Positions 31,395-41,862 of a stretch of DNA of 64,000 nucleotides are shown here, piece by piece. Position numbers and translations under genes: made by a program. Below the pieces are notes generated by a model. The model did no database searches, was not told where the DNA came from, and worked only from the letters and a program-made list of their open reading frames with translations. How positions within the stretch are numbered: position 1 is the stretch's first letter; each line of letters begins with the position of its first letter. Source of the DNA: Candidatus Poribacteria bacterium (GTDB lineage Bacteria > Poribacteria > WGA-4E > PCPOR2b); contig OZ220744.1 in the NCBI GenBank assembly GCA_965116925.1, positions 1,184,001 to 1,248,000 of the forward strand, given 5' to 3'.

Positions 31395-31497
31395 TATAGT
31401 GAATTCAAAAGATAAAGAAACACTTGCGCTCCCCCGGTAGGTGCGGTTTGTAACCGCACCGGTTTGGCGTGTCCCATTAATTCTAAAATCTACTATA
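31395..31497. mobile_element. MITE-like element family B, copy 2
   Basis: Same ends; interior GTAGGTGCGGTTTGTAACCGCACC. Confidence 0.75.
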
Positions 31498-31570
31498 GTT
31501 GCACAAGTGAGCCAAGGTTTTTCGCGTTTCACGCTTTTTGAGCCCCTTAATTTCGTGGAATACTCTGGCT

Positions 31571-32569
31571 TTAACGCGGTCCCGGTATCGTGATCTTCCC
31601 GTTATCGCGGCGTTGGGATTCCAAGAAGCCAATCATAATCTCCACAACCTTGTGCCCGTCTCTGCCCGATGACGAGGATTCACCGCCTTCAGCGACGATA
31701 CGCACCAGCTCTTGGACACCGGCGGGTATCCCCTCGACCTCCCACGTAGGTGGTGTTATGGGTTGGGAGGTTCCATCCTTTTCGAGGCTCGCTTTTTCAT
31801 TATCGATAAGGACATAGCCTTCTGTACCAACGATCTCAAGGCGGAAGTTCGGGGCGGGCGTATTCTTTGATCCACCGGCGTAGTACCCGCGCACACCGTT
31901 TGCAAAATGGATGTAACCGCTCGCGGCAGGCTCCGTCTTGGGTTCATGTCCGCCATCTCCCCGATATTCCCAATAATCTTCGTATCCCTCTTCCAACTCG
32001 GCGATAACCCACTCCGGGTCAGAATCCGCATAGTAGCAGATCGCGTCGATGAGATGGGTGCCGTTACGGAAGAGCATAGCACGACCCCCATTCAGCGTAC
32101 CGATGATATACTTTACCTCCCCGATCTCACCGGCTCCAACAATCTCCTCTTTCGTATGCCGCCATAGGGGTTGCCATCGTCGAGTGTGATCGATAGACAG
32201 GATTGTGCCGTTACGTTCAACCGCTTCGAGCATACGGTCGGCATCAGCGAGATTGGTCGCCATCGGTTTCTCACAGAAAATCCCCTTCGCGCCAGCATTC
32301 GCTGCATTGACCACCAGATCAGCGTGCCGGTGATCAGAGGTCGCCACCGTTACGATGTCTAAGTTCTCCTTTGCCAACATCTCTTGGTGATCCGTATAGA
32401 GGGCAATATCGGACCAATGGTCTTGCCACTGCTCCTTGAAATCTGCGAGTGTAGTCTCTAATATATCACATGCGGCAACCAGTTCAGCATTGGGCAGCCC
32501 TACCAAGCCAGAGGTATGTCTGACACCAATGCCTCTACATCCAATTACACCAACTCGATATTTTGCCAT
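31571..32569 (-). CDS. Gfo/Idh/MocA family oxidoreductase
   Basis: VGVIGCRGIG, FCEKPMA. Confidence 0.9.
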   Translation of the reverse strand: MAKYRVGVIGCRGIGVRHTSGLVGLPNAELVAACDILETTLADFKEQWQDHWSDIALYTDHQEMLAKENLDIVTVATSDHRHADLVVNAANAGAKGIFCEKPMATNLADADRMLEAVERNGTILSIDHTRRWQPLWRHTKEEIVGAGEIGEVKYIIGTLNGGRAMLFRNGTHLIDAICYYADSDPEWVIAELEEGYEDYWEYRGDGGHEPKTEPAASGYIHFANGVRGYYAGGSKNTPAPNFRLEIVGTEGYVLIDNEKASLEKDGTSQPITPPTWEVEGIPAGVQELVRIVAEGGESSSSGRDGHKVVEIMIGFLESQRRDNGKITIPGPR

Positions 32570-32637
32570 AATAGCTTCTCCAATCTTCTTAGGTTATACT
32601 TTCATGAAGGTTCCGGTTATGTTGAATCGTTCCAATC

Positions 32638-33018
32638 TTACTTCCCTTCTTCCGCATCCCGTTGAAACAGCTGCAAAAGCATATCATTCGGACCTTTGAA
32701 GAACGCCAGACGAATGCCACCGGCACCCGCATCAAAAGGTTCTTTCTCGATCGGCACACCTTTCTCTTTGAGATCTTGGGCACTTGCATCCACACTATCA
32801 ACCCTGAAGGAGATATGGTGGAAACCTTCTTCTGCTTCCATTGATTTTTTTGGCATCAGCTCTAGGATCATATCCCCAGCTTTAAGAAAGACATAATCTT
32901 CATCGTCTTCCACGGGGAATCGCTCAATCACTTCCAATCCAAGTGTTTCGGTATAAAATTTGACAGAGCCTTCAACATCATCGGTAACAAGGGCTATCTT
33001 GTGAATCTTATGGATCAT
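32638..33018 (-). CDS. VOC/glyoxalase family protein
   Basis: IALVTDDVEGSVKFYTETLG, HHISFRV. Confidence 0.85.
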   Translation of the reverse strand: MIHKIHKIALVTDDVEGSVKFYTETLGLEVIERFPVEDDEDYVFLKAGDMILELMPKKSMEAEEGFHHISFRVDSVDASAQDLKEKGVPIEKEPFDAGAGGIRLAFFKGPNDMLLQLFQRDAEEGK

Positions 33019-33224
33019 GCAGGGTCTCCTTTTATGTACTGGTAGTGAATATTGCTGGGTGCTGATTTGATTTTTGTACGGTAGGTTTAAGTTAGGAAAG
33101 GCAAATAGATTTTGAGGTAGGGTATATTATTTGAAGTGTCTCACGGTTTTGTAGCAAGGCATCAAACGTAAAACGCAAGGAGCGAATCCTTTACGTTTTA
33201 CGTTCGACGCATTACTTGTGATAG

Positions 33225-34079
33225 CTAAGATGCAGCACTCTCAATCGCTCGACGGGTGTAGATCTCCGCCAAGTTTTCGCGATACGCCTGACTGGCGTGA
33301 ATGTCTTCCAACGCAGTTATTCCGTCAGCCGCTCTCGCAGCAGCGGCAGCGATGTTATCAGCGGTCAGTGCCGATCCTGTTAGCGCGGACTCGACGCCCG
33401 ACGCCCGATATGGGGCATCCGAAACGCCGGTAATACCAACCGAAACGCTCTGACAGGTATCTCCAGATTTCGTTAAGACGACAGCCACGCCGGTGAGGGC
33501 AAATCCTGATGCGACTTGGTGCAGCTTCAGGTATGTCCCCTTGGTGTTAGCATCTGGAATGGACACATGGATTGCCGTAAGGATCTCATCATCCCCGAGG
33601 TCTGTCTCGTACAGCCCTTGGAAGAAATCGGTTGCTTTGACAGTCCGCTCGCCGTTGGACCCAGCGATCTGGAGATCCGCATCCAGCGCGAGAATCGTCG
33701 CGGGCCAATCAGCAGCCGGATCGGCGTGTGCAAGACTGCCGCCAATCGTGCCTTTGTTTCGCACCTGCACATCGCCAATTTCGGCAGCGGTCTGTGCAAG
33801 CAGCGGCACCTTCTGCTGGACCAGCTCTGAACTCTCCAATTCATGATGCGTCGTCAGCGCACCGATAACCAATTTTCCGTCAGACTCAGAGATCCCTTTC
33901 AAGCCGCCAATGCGTCCAATATCGATGATGACCGCAGGCTCAGCCAAGCGTAATTTCATTGTTGGGATCAGGCTATGCCCACCAGCGAGCACCTTCGCAT
34001 CGTCTCCATGTTCCTGCAAGAGCGATAACGCTTCATCAAGTGCTGTTGGTGCAAAGTATTCAAAACTTCCCGGAATCAT
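33225..34079 (-). CDS. coxM: molybdenum hydroxylase FAD subunit (CoxM-like)
   Basis: LAGGHSLIP, VRNKGTIGGS, HADPAAD. Confidence 0.88.
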   Translation of the reverse strand: MIPGSFEYFAPTALDEALSLLQEHGDDAKVLAGGHSLIPTMKLRLAEPAVIIDIGRIGGLKGISESDGKLVIGALTTHHELESSELVQQKVPLLAQTAAEIGDVQVRNKGTIGGSLAHADPAADWPATILALDADLQIAGSNGERTVKATDFFQGLYETDLGDDEILTAIHVSIPDANTKGTYLKLHQVASGFALTGVAVVLTKSGDTCQSVSVGITGVSDAPYRASGVESALTGSALTADNIAAAAARAADGITALEDIHASQAYRENLAEIYTRRAIESAAS

Positions 34080-34172
34080 TCGTTATTTCCTCCTTCCTTC
34101 ACTTGAGCATAACTTTCCATCCCCCTTTTTCCCTCCGTCAGCGGGGGGACAGAGGGGGGACAGAAAATTATA

Positions 34173-36509
34173 TTAACCCTTCGCATCTTGGATCGCCTGC
34201 CACACACGGTTCGGCGTCAGTGGCATCTCAATATCTTTCACCCCAAACGGCGATAAGGCGTCCACAACGGCGTTGACCATACACGGTGTTGAGCCGATTG
34301 TCCCGGCTTCCCCAACCCCTTTGACTCCCATCGGATTGACAGGTGAAGGAGTCACCGTATGATCTGTCTCAAAGTGGGGCACCTGTGTCGCCTTGGGAAC
34401 GGCATAGTCCATAAACGACCCGGTCAAAAGCTGACCGCTCTCATCGTAGACTGCGCCTTCGTACAGTGCCTGCCCTAAACCTTGTGCAATACCGCCATGT
34501 ACCTGTCCTGCAACGACTAAGGGGTTGATGATATTGCCGATATCGTCAACGCATACATATCGTTGAATATCGATCTCGCCGGTATCCGCATCAACCTCGA
34601 CCACTGCGATGTGGGCACCGAATGGATAGGTGAAGTTCGACGGTTCAAAGAAATGTGTTGCTTCGAGGCCAGGCGTCGTGTCGGGCGGCAGATTCTTGGC
34701 AACGTGTGCTTCGAGGGCAATCGCCGCGAAATCAATCGATTGATCCGGTGAACCCTCAACGAAAATCTGTCCGTCTCCAAAGACGAGATCATCGGGGTTC
34801 GCTTCCATCAGATGCGCTGCGAACGTTGCCATCTTCTCTTTCACCTGACCGGCAGCGATAACCATCGCGGTTCCACCGACAGCCGTCGCTCGACTACCAA
34901 ATGTGCCGATACCGTAAGGCTGCCTTCCAGTATCGCCATGGATAACTACAACATCGTCAATATCCACGCCAAACTCATCAGCAATCATCTGAGCGAAGGT
35001 GGTTTCTTGACCCTGACCGTGTGGTGAAACACCAGTCAACACCGTAATCTTTCCAGTCGGTTCGACCCGAACGGTGCTACTTTCCCAACCACCGGCGGGC
35101 ATCGCTATAGACGGTCCCATACCACAAATCTCAGCGTAGGTGGAGATACCAATTCCCATGTATCTGCCCTGCTCACGGAGCGCTGCCTGCTGCGCTCGCA
35201 AACCATCATAGTCAACAATTCCCAATGCCTTGTTAAAGCTTTCTTGGTAGTTGCCACTGTCGTAGATAATTCCGGTTGGGATTTCAAGTGGGAATTCCGT
35301 TGGCTGCGGGAAGTTTTTGAACCGAATATCTTTCGCATCCATTCCTACCGCCGACGCTGCCAGATCAACCATCCGCTCAATGATGTAGGTCGCTTCGGGA
35401 CGCCCCGCACCACGGTACGCATCCGTCGCCATCTTGTTCGTTAAAACGCCAATCAGTTCAATCTGGACATTCGGAATCTTGTAACAACCGACAATCATAA
35501 GATTTGTCAACGTGGGAATAAGCGGGGTGAGTAACTGATAGGAAGCTCCAAGATCGGCAAGAATCTTCGCACGAATCCCAGTGATTGTCCCATCATTGTT
35601 GACTGCGACATCCACATAGTTGACTTGGTCTCTACCATGGATTGTCGTCGTGAAGTTCTCAGTCCGCTTCTCCGTCCATTTCACCGGTTTGCGTAACTGT
35701 ATCGCCAAATATGAAACAACGACCTCTTCAGGGTAAACATTCAGTTTACTGCCGAAGCCTCCGCCAACTTCCGGGGCGATAACGCGCACTTTCTGTTCCG
35801 GCACGTTGACAATCAGAGACAACTGAGTTTTAAGGATGTGTGGAACCTGCGTTGATGACCAGACGGTGAGGGTGCCTTCGCCCGGTAGATATTCCGCTAA
35901 CACACCGCGCGTTTCCATCGCATTCGGAACTAAACGCTGATTGACGAAACGTTGGGATACGACATGATCTGCTGCTGCAAAAGCTGCATCGGCATCCCCT
36001 GCCTCTAGTGGCATTGCAAAACCGATATTGTCGCCGAAGTCATCGTAAATCAGCGGTGAATCTGCCTCGACCGCCTTATCAAGATCGGTAACAGCGGGCA
36101 GTTCTTCGTAATCAACTTCAATCAGGTCCAGTGCATCTCTGGCAATATACGCATCCGTTGCCACAACCGCAGCAACTGGCTCCCCAACGAATCGTACACG
36201 TCCCACCGCAAGTGCGGGGTGATCTGGAACCTTGAGGTCTGGAATCTCAGCGCCACAAGGGATGCCCCCAACGTCCCCTAAGTCTTCAGCGGTAATCACC
36301 GTGACGACGCCGGGCAATTCTTTTGCTGCTGATGTGTCGATGCTGTTAATAGCTGCGTGTGCGTAGTCGCTGCGCAGGAATGCGCAGTGAAGCGTGCCCA
36401 CCAGTTTAATGTCGTCGACATAATGGGATAACCCTTGGATTAGCCGCGGATCCTCGCGCCGCTTAATCGGGGCACCTATCATCCGAGTCGGTGCTGCTAT
36501 TGTCGCCAT
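34173..36509 (-). CDS. coxL: molybdenum hydroxylase large subunit, form II CoxL-like
   Basis: GGGFGSK, AYRGAGR active-site loop, GQGQET, KGVGEAG. Confidence 0.88.
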   Translation of the reverse strand: MATIAAPTRMIGAPIKRREDPRLIQGLSHYVDDIKLVGTLHCAFLRSDYAHAAINSIDTSAAKELPGVVTVITAEDLGDVGGIPCGAEIPDLKVPDHPALAVGRVRFVGEPVAAVVATDAYIARDALDLIEVDYEELPAVTDLDKAVEADSPLIYDDFGDNIGFAMPLEAGDADAAFAAADHVVSQRFVNQRLVPNAMETRGVLAEYLPGEGTLTVWSSTQVPHILKTQLSLIVNVPEQKVRVIAPEVGGGFGSKLNVYPEEVVVSYLAIQLRKPVKWTEKRTENFTTTIHGRDQVNYVDVAVNNDGTITGIRAKILADLGASYQLLTPLIPTLTNLMIVGCYKIPNVQIELIGVLTNKMATDAYRGAGRPEATYIIERMVDLAASAVGMDAKDIRFKNFPQPTEFPLEIPTGIIYDSGNYQESFNKALGIVDYDGLRAQQAALREQGRYMGIGISTYAEICGMGPSIAMPAGGWESSTVRVEPTGKITVLTGVSPHGQGQETTFAQMIADEFGVDIDDVVVIHGDTGRQPYGIGTFGSRATAVGGTAMVIAAGQVKEKMATFAAHLMEANPDDLVFGDGQIFVEGSPDQSIDFAAIALEAHVAKNLPPDTTPGLEATHFFEPSNFTYPFGAHIAVVEVDADTGEIDIQRYVCVDDIGNIINPLVVAGQVHGGIAQGLGQALYEGAVYDESGQLLTGSFMDYAVPKATQVPHFETDHTVTPSPVNPMGVKGVGEAGTIGSTPCMVNAVVDALSPFGVKDIEMPLTPNRVWQAIQDAKG

Positions 36510-36547
36510 AGTATAAGTCCTCCTATTTGCGTCCTGTCTCTCGCTTG

Positions 36548-37021
36548 TTAGCCCTGCATCTGCTCCGCAGCGTGTTGAACCGCCTCAACGATATGCTGAT
36601 AGCCAGTGCAGCGGCAGAGATTTCCTTCCAACCCGTGCCGAATCTCGTCTTCTGTTGGGTTGGAATTCCGCGAGAGCAACTGATGGGCAGCCATAATCAT
36701 ACCGGGTGTGCAGAAACCACACTGCAAACCGTGACGTTCCCAGAAACCCTCTTGGATGGGATGGAGATCTCCATTTTGCGCCAAGCCTTCGATGGTTGTT
36801 ATTTCCGCGCCATCCGCCTGAACTGCTAACATCGTACAAGATTTGACTGCTTGTCCGTTGACTGAGACCGTACAAGCACCACACAGGCTCGTTTCACAAC
36901 CAACGTGTGAACCGGTCAAACCAACGACATCTCGGATGTAGTGAACTAAAAGCAGCCGTGGTTCAACTTCGTGTGTGTGCGCCTCTCCATTGATTGTTGT
37001 ATGAATGACTTTCTTAGACAA
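36548..37021 (-). CDS. coxS: 2Fe-2S subunit (CoxS-like)
   Basis: [26 protein letters not shown]. Confidence 0.92.
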   Translation of the reverse strand: MSKKVIHTTINGEAHTHEVEPRLLLVHYIRDVVGLTGSHVGCETSLCGACTVSVNGQAVKSCTMLAVQADGAEITTIEGLAQNGDLHPIQEGFWERHGLQCGFCTPGMIMAAHQLLSRNSNPTEDEIRHGLEGNLCRCTGYQHIVEAVQHAAEQMQG

Positions 37022-37098
37022 GGGTATTGCCTCCTTTTAGACAGCTCGCCCCTGATGGGACGGACGAAAATCTTACTTTCCTCTTTGAATTAAGCGGC

Positions 37099-37127
37099 AT
37101 TATATCAGAATCGGTTTTTTACTGCAA
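37099..37127 (-). promoter_or_regulatory. putative sigma70 promoter of coxSLM
   Basis: Minus strand TTGCAG-17 bp-TATAAT with extended TG. Confidence 0.55.
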
Positions 37128-37210
37128 CAAAAAAAGGGAAGATTCTTGTACTAGGAAACCGACGGGAAAACCAACCTTGTTTGGAGGTTTTTTCTTAGGT
37201 TTTCTACTGT

Positions 37211-37238
37211 TTGCAAAAAAGTAACAAAATGATAAAAT
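37211..37238 (+). promoter_or_regulatory. putative sigma70 promoter of ECF-ankyrin gene
   Basis: TTGCAA-16 bp-TAAAAT with extended TG. Confidence 0.4.
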
Positions 37239-37318
37239 AAACCTGATTTTTTTATACGGATTGTCTTAGCGAATTGGGATTATTATAGTGAAACCTATCA
37301 AACGAAAAAGAGGTTGAT

Positions 37319-39601
37319 ATGGAAGAACTAGGATCACTTATCAGTCGGGCGCAATCCGGAGATCTGGACGCCTACGGTAGCATTGTTGAACAGTTCCAAG
37401 ACATGGCAGTGGGTTACGCCTACTCCATCTTAGGGGATTTCCATCTGGCTGAGGATGCCGTGCAAGAGGCGTTCATCGAAGCGTATCCGATTCTTTCAAG
37501 GGTCTACGGTCCCGTTGCTTTCCCGGGCTGGTTTCGGAGGATTATTGTCAAGCACTGCGATCGGTTGACACGCGGGAAGCGCGACGAACTTATGTCCCTA
37601 GAAACAATGGTTGAGATACCTTCGGGTAGAAGAGATCCAGCGGAGGAGCTTGAAGAACAGGAGACAAAATCCCTCGTGTTAGCCGCAGTTGACGCATTAC
37701 CGGAACACCAACGTCAGACCACAACGCTCTTCTATATCAGCGGTTTTTCACAAAAACAGATTGCGGACTTCCTAGAAGTGCCGGTGACAACCGTCGATAA
37801 CCGTCTCCGCGCCTCAAGGAAAAAGCTAAAAGCAACCTTACATTCTGAAAGGATGATTACCATGTTGAAAGATACACTGGGTGAAAACGCACCATCACGC
37901 GACGATTCGTTTGTCAATGCAGTTGGCATCTGCAATGCAGCGCAGGCGGGAGATCTGCAGCGGGTACAGGAGATTCTCGCTGTTAAGCCGGAGTTGGCAA
38001 CCCGAGATATTGCTTCAAATAATGAACATCAACCCATCCATCTTGCAGCGGAGGAAGGTCATGCCGAAATCGTGCACGTACTACTAGAAGCAGGAGCAGA
38101 CCCACTCAATGGGATATATCCTCACCGAGAAGCCACCAGTGCGCTGACAATGGCGAAAGACCGTGGACACACCTCCGTCGTTGAGGTCATTGAGACATGG
38201 CTCAACGAACAACGGGGGACGACGCCGAAAGGTGAAACCTTAACCCGTGCTGCATCGGACGGTGATATTGAGGGGGTCCGCTCACTGCTCAATGAGGATG
38301 GGGGACTTATCAATGCCACCGATCGAGGTGGAGAAACTGCGCTTTTCAAAGCGATTGATCGAGGCGATTTGTTGCTTGTCCTTGAGTTGCTAGATCGAGG
38401 TGCCGATGTTGATCATCGTGCCGCCGACGGAAGTCGTCCGATCCACCACTGCCTTGCACACAGTTGGAAGGTGCCAGACGAGATGTACAAAACCTACGCC
38501 ATCCTCGCGGGTGCCTTGCTTGCACGCGGTGCAGCCTATGATCTCTGGGTTGCCTGCGGCGTTGGCGATGCCGAAGGTGCGAAGCGGTTCATTGACGCTT
38601 GTGAGGATAAGACCCAGTTGTGCAAAAGCAGCGAACCGTTTTGGGGAGATAATGACAATCCGTTGGTCGTCGCTTGTTTTCAAGGACATACAGAAATTGT
38701 TCGATTGTTAATTGATGCCGGGGCGAATCCCGATTCGCCGTTTGAAATCGATGTTGCCGGTGAGCAGGTAAAACAGTGGGGACATCCGCTCTGGCTAGCA
38801 GCGAATCGTGGGCATTATAATGTTGTCAAGTTGCTTCTTGAGCGTGGAGCGAACCCAAACACAGCAGTCTATGCTTCCGGTAACGCTGTGTGCTGGGCTT
38901 ATCAATACGGACACAAGCGCATTGCGGATCTGATGTTCCAACACGGCGCTGTCGCCGATCTGTTGAGTTACTGTCTGACACATAATCTCCCTGCTATCGC
39001 GGAGATCTTGCAGCGGGATGCTTCAGAGCGCAAAGAATTACTGTGGAGCGCGATTCTAGCGGGTAATATCGATGTAGTCGAGATGGGACTGCGCGATAAC
39101 CCACAGTATGATGACGCAAAGTGGTTTAATCTATTGGAACAAACGGTACGAGGCTGGCGGTTAGGAGATCTGAAAATCAACAACGAGGGATTTGACCGGC
39201 GCAACTACATCACCAATCTGGGTAAATTGCTTGAGTATGGGGTAAATCCGAACCTCAGAAATCCACGCGATGAACGGTTCAATTTCACAATTCTGCATCA
39301 CTTGGCTGGCAGGAGTTGTAATTCTAGAACTTATGGACATACAGCGGAAGAGGTCGTTGAGTTTGCTCGTATGTTGCTCAAACACGGTGCTGACATCAAT
39401 GCGATGGAAGACAAGCTAAAATCAACCCCACTCGGTTGGGCTGCGCGATTTGGTCAGAAAAAATTAGCAGAATTTCTGCTTGACAACGGCGCAGACCCAA
39501 ATCTGGCGGGGGCACCGTGGGCGACCCCGCTCGCCTGGGCGGAGAAAAAGGGACATTCGGAAATCGCTGAAATCCTCCGAGAACACGGTGCAGCAGGGTA
39601 G
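37319..39601 (+). CDS. ECF sigma factor fused to ankyrin repeats
   Basis: LAEDAVQEAF, FPGWFRRI, IADFLEVPVTTVDNRLRASRKKL; then many ankyrin motifs (PIHLAAEEGH, TPLGWAARFG, TPLAWAEKKGH). Confidence 0.9.
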   Translation: MEELGSLISRAQSGDLDAYGSIVEQFQDMAVGYAYSILGDFHLAEDAVQEAFIEAYPILSRVYGPVAFPGWFRRIIVKHCDRLTRGKRDELMSLETMVEIPSGRRDPAEELEEQETKSLVLAAVDALPEHQRQTTTLFYISGFSQKQIADFLEVPVTTVDNRLRASRKKLKATLHSERMITMLKDTLGENAPSRDDSFVNAVGICNAAQAGDLQRVQEILAVKPELATRDIASNNEHQPIHLAAEEGHAEIVHVLLEAGADPLNGIYPHREATSALTMAKDRGHTSVVEVIETWLNEQRGTTPKGETLTRAASDGDIEGVRSLLNEDGGLINATDRGGETALFKAIDRGDLLLVLELLDRGADVDHRAADGSRPIHHCLAHSWKVPDEMYKTYAILAGALLARGAAYDLWVACGVGDAEGAKRFIDACEDKTQLCKSSEPFWGDNDNPLVVACFQGHTEIVRLLIDAGANPDSPFEIDVAGEQVKQWGHPLWLAANRGHYNVVKLLLERGANPNTAVYASGNAVCWAYQYGHKRIADLMFQHGAVADLLSYCLTHNLPAIAEILQRDASERKELLWSAILAGNIDVVEMGLRDNPQYDDAKWFNLLEQTVRGWRLGDLKINNEGFDRRNYITNLGKLLEYGVNPNLRNPRDERFNFTILHHLAGRSCNSRTYGHTAEEVVEFARMLLKHGADINAMEDKLKSTPLGWAARFGQKKLAEFLLDNGADPNLAGAPWATPLAWAEKKGHSEIAEILREHGAAG

Positions 39602-39622
39602 CACACTCTCAATCTTGGGATA

Positions 39623-39803
39623 TATAGTAAACACGAGAAATAAGGATACATTTACCAATAACTCCGGACTGCGCGAAGTTCCAAAAGTCCCCCTGACAAC
39701 GGTTTCCCCCCTGATAAGGGGGGCTAGGGGGGTTAGGGAGTTGGGGGATTTAGGGGGTTGGCTGTGTATTAAGAATGTCTCATTAATTCTAACATCTACT
39801 ATA
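39623..39803. mobile_element. MITE-like element family B, copy 3 (different cargo)
   Basis: TATAGTAAAC...TGTCTCATTAATTCTAACATCTACTATA; interior CCCCCCTGATAAGGGGGG-type repeat. Confidence 0.65.
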
Positions 39804-39810
39804 AAATACG

Positions 39811-39840
39811 AAAGCCGACCTATCATGGGTCGGCTTTTTT
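39811..39840 (+). terminator. intrinsic terminator
   Basis: AAAGCCGACC-tatcatg-GGTCGGCTTTTTT. Confidence 0.8.
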
Positions 39841-39994
39841 CTTAGTTATCAGTTTCTTGGAGACGGGTGTAACTTCAATGGGCCGGACTTCACCAGAACA
39901 AACCAAAAACAAAAAATCTCGTCTCAGTGCAAAAAAAATGCTAAAAAAATCTCGGAACTGTGTCTTAATAAGTGCAAGGGAGGAATCGAGAGCC

Positions 39995-41416
39995 ATGGCT
40001 AAGGACAACACCCTCATCTATCGCGCCCAAACTGGGGATGAAGAGGCTTTTGCTGCCCTGATGCGGGAGCATTACCCTTTCGTCTATGCAATTGTTATAA
40101 GAATCGTGAAAAATTCCCATGACGCCGAAGAAGTGGTGCAAGACAGCTTCCTCAACGCCTATCGGGGGTTGGCACAGCTTGAGGATGCGACCAAATTCAA
40201 AAGCTGGTTGGGGGAGATAGCACAAAATTGTGGGCGAAACTGGCTGAGAAAACAACGGGGCGATACCGTATCCATCGATGAAGTAAGCGAAGAAATACTT
40301 CAAACCCAAGATTCACCTGATGAGCGATTAACACGCTTGGAACAGAGAGAGTTGATTCGCCGGACGATGGAAATGCTTCCGGAGAAAGACAGGGAAATTG
40401 CCCATGCCTATTATCTGGAAGGTGCAAGCTACGATGAACTGACAAGCACGCACGGGCTATCATACAGCGCAATTGCATCTAGGCTGTCACGCGCGAAGCG
40501 GCAACTCACCGAACGATTGCAATATCTTCTGACTGGCATCTTCGTTTCCCCTGCGATGATACTAAAAAAAATCTATTCGGGAGGGCTAACTGTCATGAAA
40601 GTTGGAACGGTTCCTAAAATAACGGTGGGAGTAGCAGTGCTAATCACACTCATTTTTATCGGTTTTATCGGTGTCCGCCAGATGAATATGTCCACAGTCG
40701 AGGAGCGTGTATATTTGACGCCGTGGGAAGATGGCACTGAACGCCCACAAAACAACGCCGAAGACTTGGCTGCACAAACTGATTCGGCTCAAGATACAGG
40801 ATTCCGAGACAATCAGTCGCAAAACTCTGCCACAGAAATCGAACCGAACGAAGATTTCTTGGGTCCATCTGAAGAAACAGATACAGCGCAATTCACGACA
40901 GACGCAGAATTTGAGATAGAGGCAGATCAGGACCTCTTTACCGGGATTTCTGCATTATTAGATGACGAAGGTCGGTCTGCTGAAGACGTGATGAACGCTT
41001 ACCTAGAGGCGTATAGGAATGTGGACGCTGACGCAATGCGTTCGTTACTGACAGGATCTGCCAAAGAAGGGTTTGAAAATGGAATGATGCACCGCTGGAA
41101 TGGAAATGCGGAGTTACCACAAGATCTTGTAGATTTTGTTTATCGTTTGGTGCCAGAGGAGGACGTGGAGGTGGCGGCTGAAATTCTTCAGCAGGTGAAG
41201 GGGAACATGCTACCAAGTCTTAAACAGAGGAATGCTCAAACAGAGATTGCGAGCAGCGAGCATGTTGGTGATGAATTCCATTTTCGGATAAGAATACCAG
41301 TGCCGAAGATGCGGGAGATACCGGGAGTAGAAGTGCCGAAACTACCGGACTCAGTCACTCCAATTCGTAAGATGCGAAAAGAAAATGGGTTGTGGCGGAT
41401 TTATTATTCGCAATAG
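39995..41416 (+). CDS. ECF sigma factor with TM helix and extracytoplasmic C-terminal domain, copy 1
   Basis: DAEEVVQDSF, FKSWL, SRLSRAKRQL; TM ITVGVAVLITLIFIGFIGV; C-terminal ..KENGLWRIY; SD GGGAGG before ATG 39995. Confidence 0.88.
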   Translation: MAKDNTLIYRAQTGDEEAFAALMREHYPFVYAIVIRIVKNSHDAEEVVQDSFLNAYRGLAQLEDATKFKSWLGEIAQNCGRNWLRKQRGDTVSIDEVSEEILQTQDSPDERLTRLEQRELIRRTMEMLPEKDREIAHAYYLEGASYDELTSTHGLSYSAIASRLSRAKRQLTERLQYLLTGIFVSPAMILKKIYSGGLTVMKVGTVPKITVGVAVLITLIFIGFIGVRQMNMSTVEERVYLTPWEDGTERPQNNAEDLAAQTDSAQDTGFRDNQSQNSATEIEPNEDFLGPSEETDTAQFTTDAEFEIEADQDLFTGISALLDDEGRSAEDVMNAYLEAYRNVDADAMRSLLTGSAKEGFENGMMHRWNGNAELPQDLVDFVYRLVPEEDVEVAAEILQQVKGNMLPSLKQRNAQTEIASSEHVGDEFHFRIRIPVPKMREIPGVEVPKLPDSVTPIRKMRKENGLWRIYYSQ

Positions 41417-41456
41417 TAATTCAACCAACTTTTAACTCTATTCCGCAAGACCTCAT

Positions 41457-41488
41457 AAGGCGAATGGTTCAATCCATTCGCCTTTTTT
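41457..41488 (+). terminator. intrinsic terminator
   Basis: AAGGCGAATGG-ttcaat-CCATTCGCCTTTTTT. Confidence 0.85.
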
Positions 41489-41520
41489 ATTTATCGAGCG
41501 TGAAAAATCTGTTATCCTAA

Positions 41521-41743
41521 CGCAAGTTGCTAGTGATGTACGGCGCGGTAAAATTGATCCGTATACCCATAGATCGGGCATCTTGCTCGACTTACAAAGC
41601 CCCAGAGGGGCGATATGTGTATAGAACATAGATAAACCAACTCTCCCAAGCCCCAGAGGGGCGACATGTGTGTCGTAAATTTGGTTATTTCTGATAGGTG
41701 TCAGGCATGAAAACTCGACCTATAGGTTGTCTAGCAACTTGCG
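41521..41743. mobile_element. MITE family C, 223 bp, 13-bp perfect TIR, 9-bp target duplication
   Basis: TTATCCTAA|CGCAAGTTGCTAG...CTAGCAACTTGCG|TTATCCTAA; empty site in the paralogous spacer at 43366-43374. Confidence 0.9.
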
Positions 41744-41862
41744 TTATCCTAAGAATCCTTTAATCCTGTAAATCCGTATTTTGACAGTTAAATCTCCCAA
41801 AAAAGTGCTAAAATAAATATCAGAACTGTGTCTTAATAAGTGTAAGGGAGGAACCGAGAGCC

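Noticed and set aside
34173..36509. Form I aerobic CO dehydrogenase
   Set aside because: AYRGAGR rather than AYxCSFR; S-L-M gene order
39857..39994. N-terminal extension of ECF copy 1 in the ORF track
   Set aside because: Paralogs start at the ATG matching 39995 with a strong SD; the extension overlaps the conserved upstream motif
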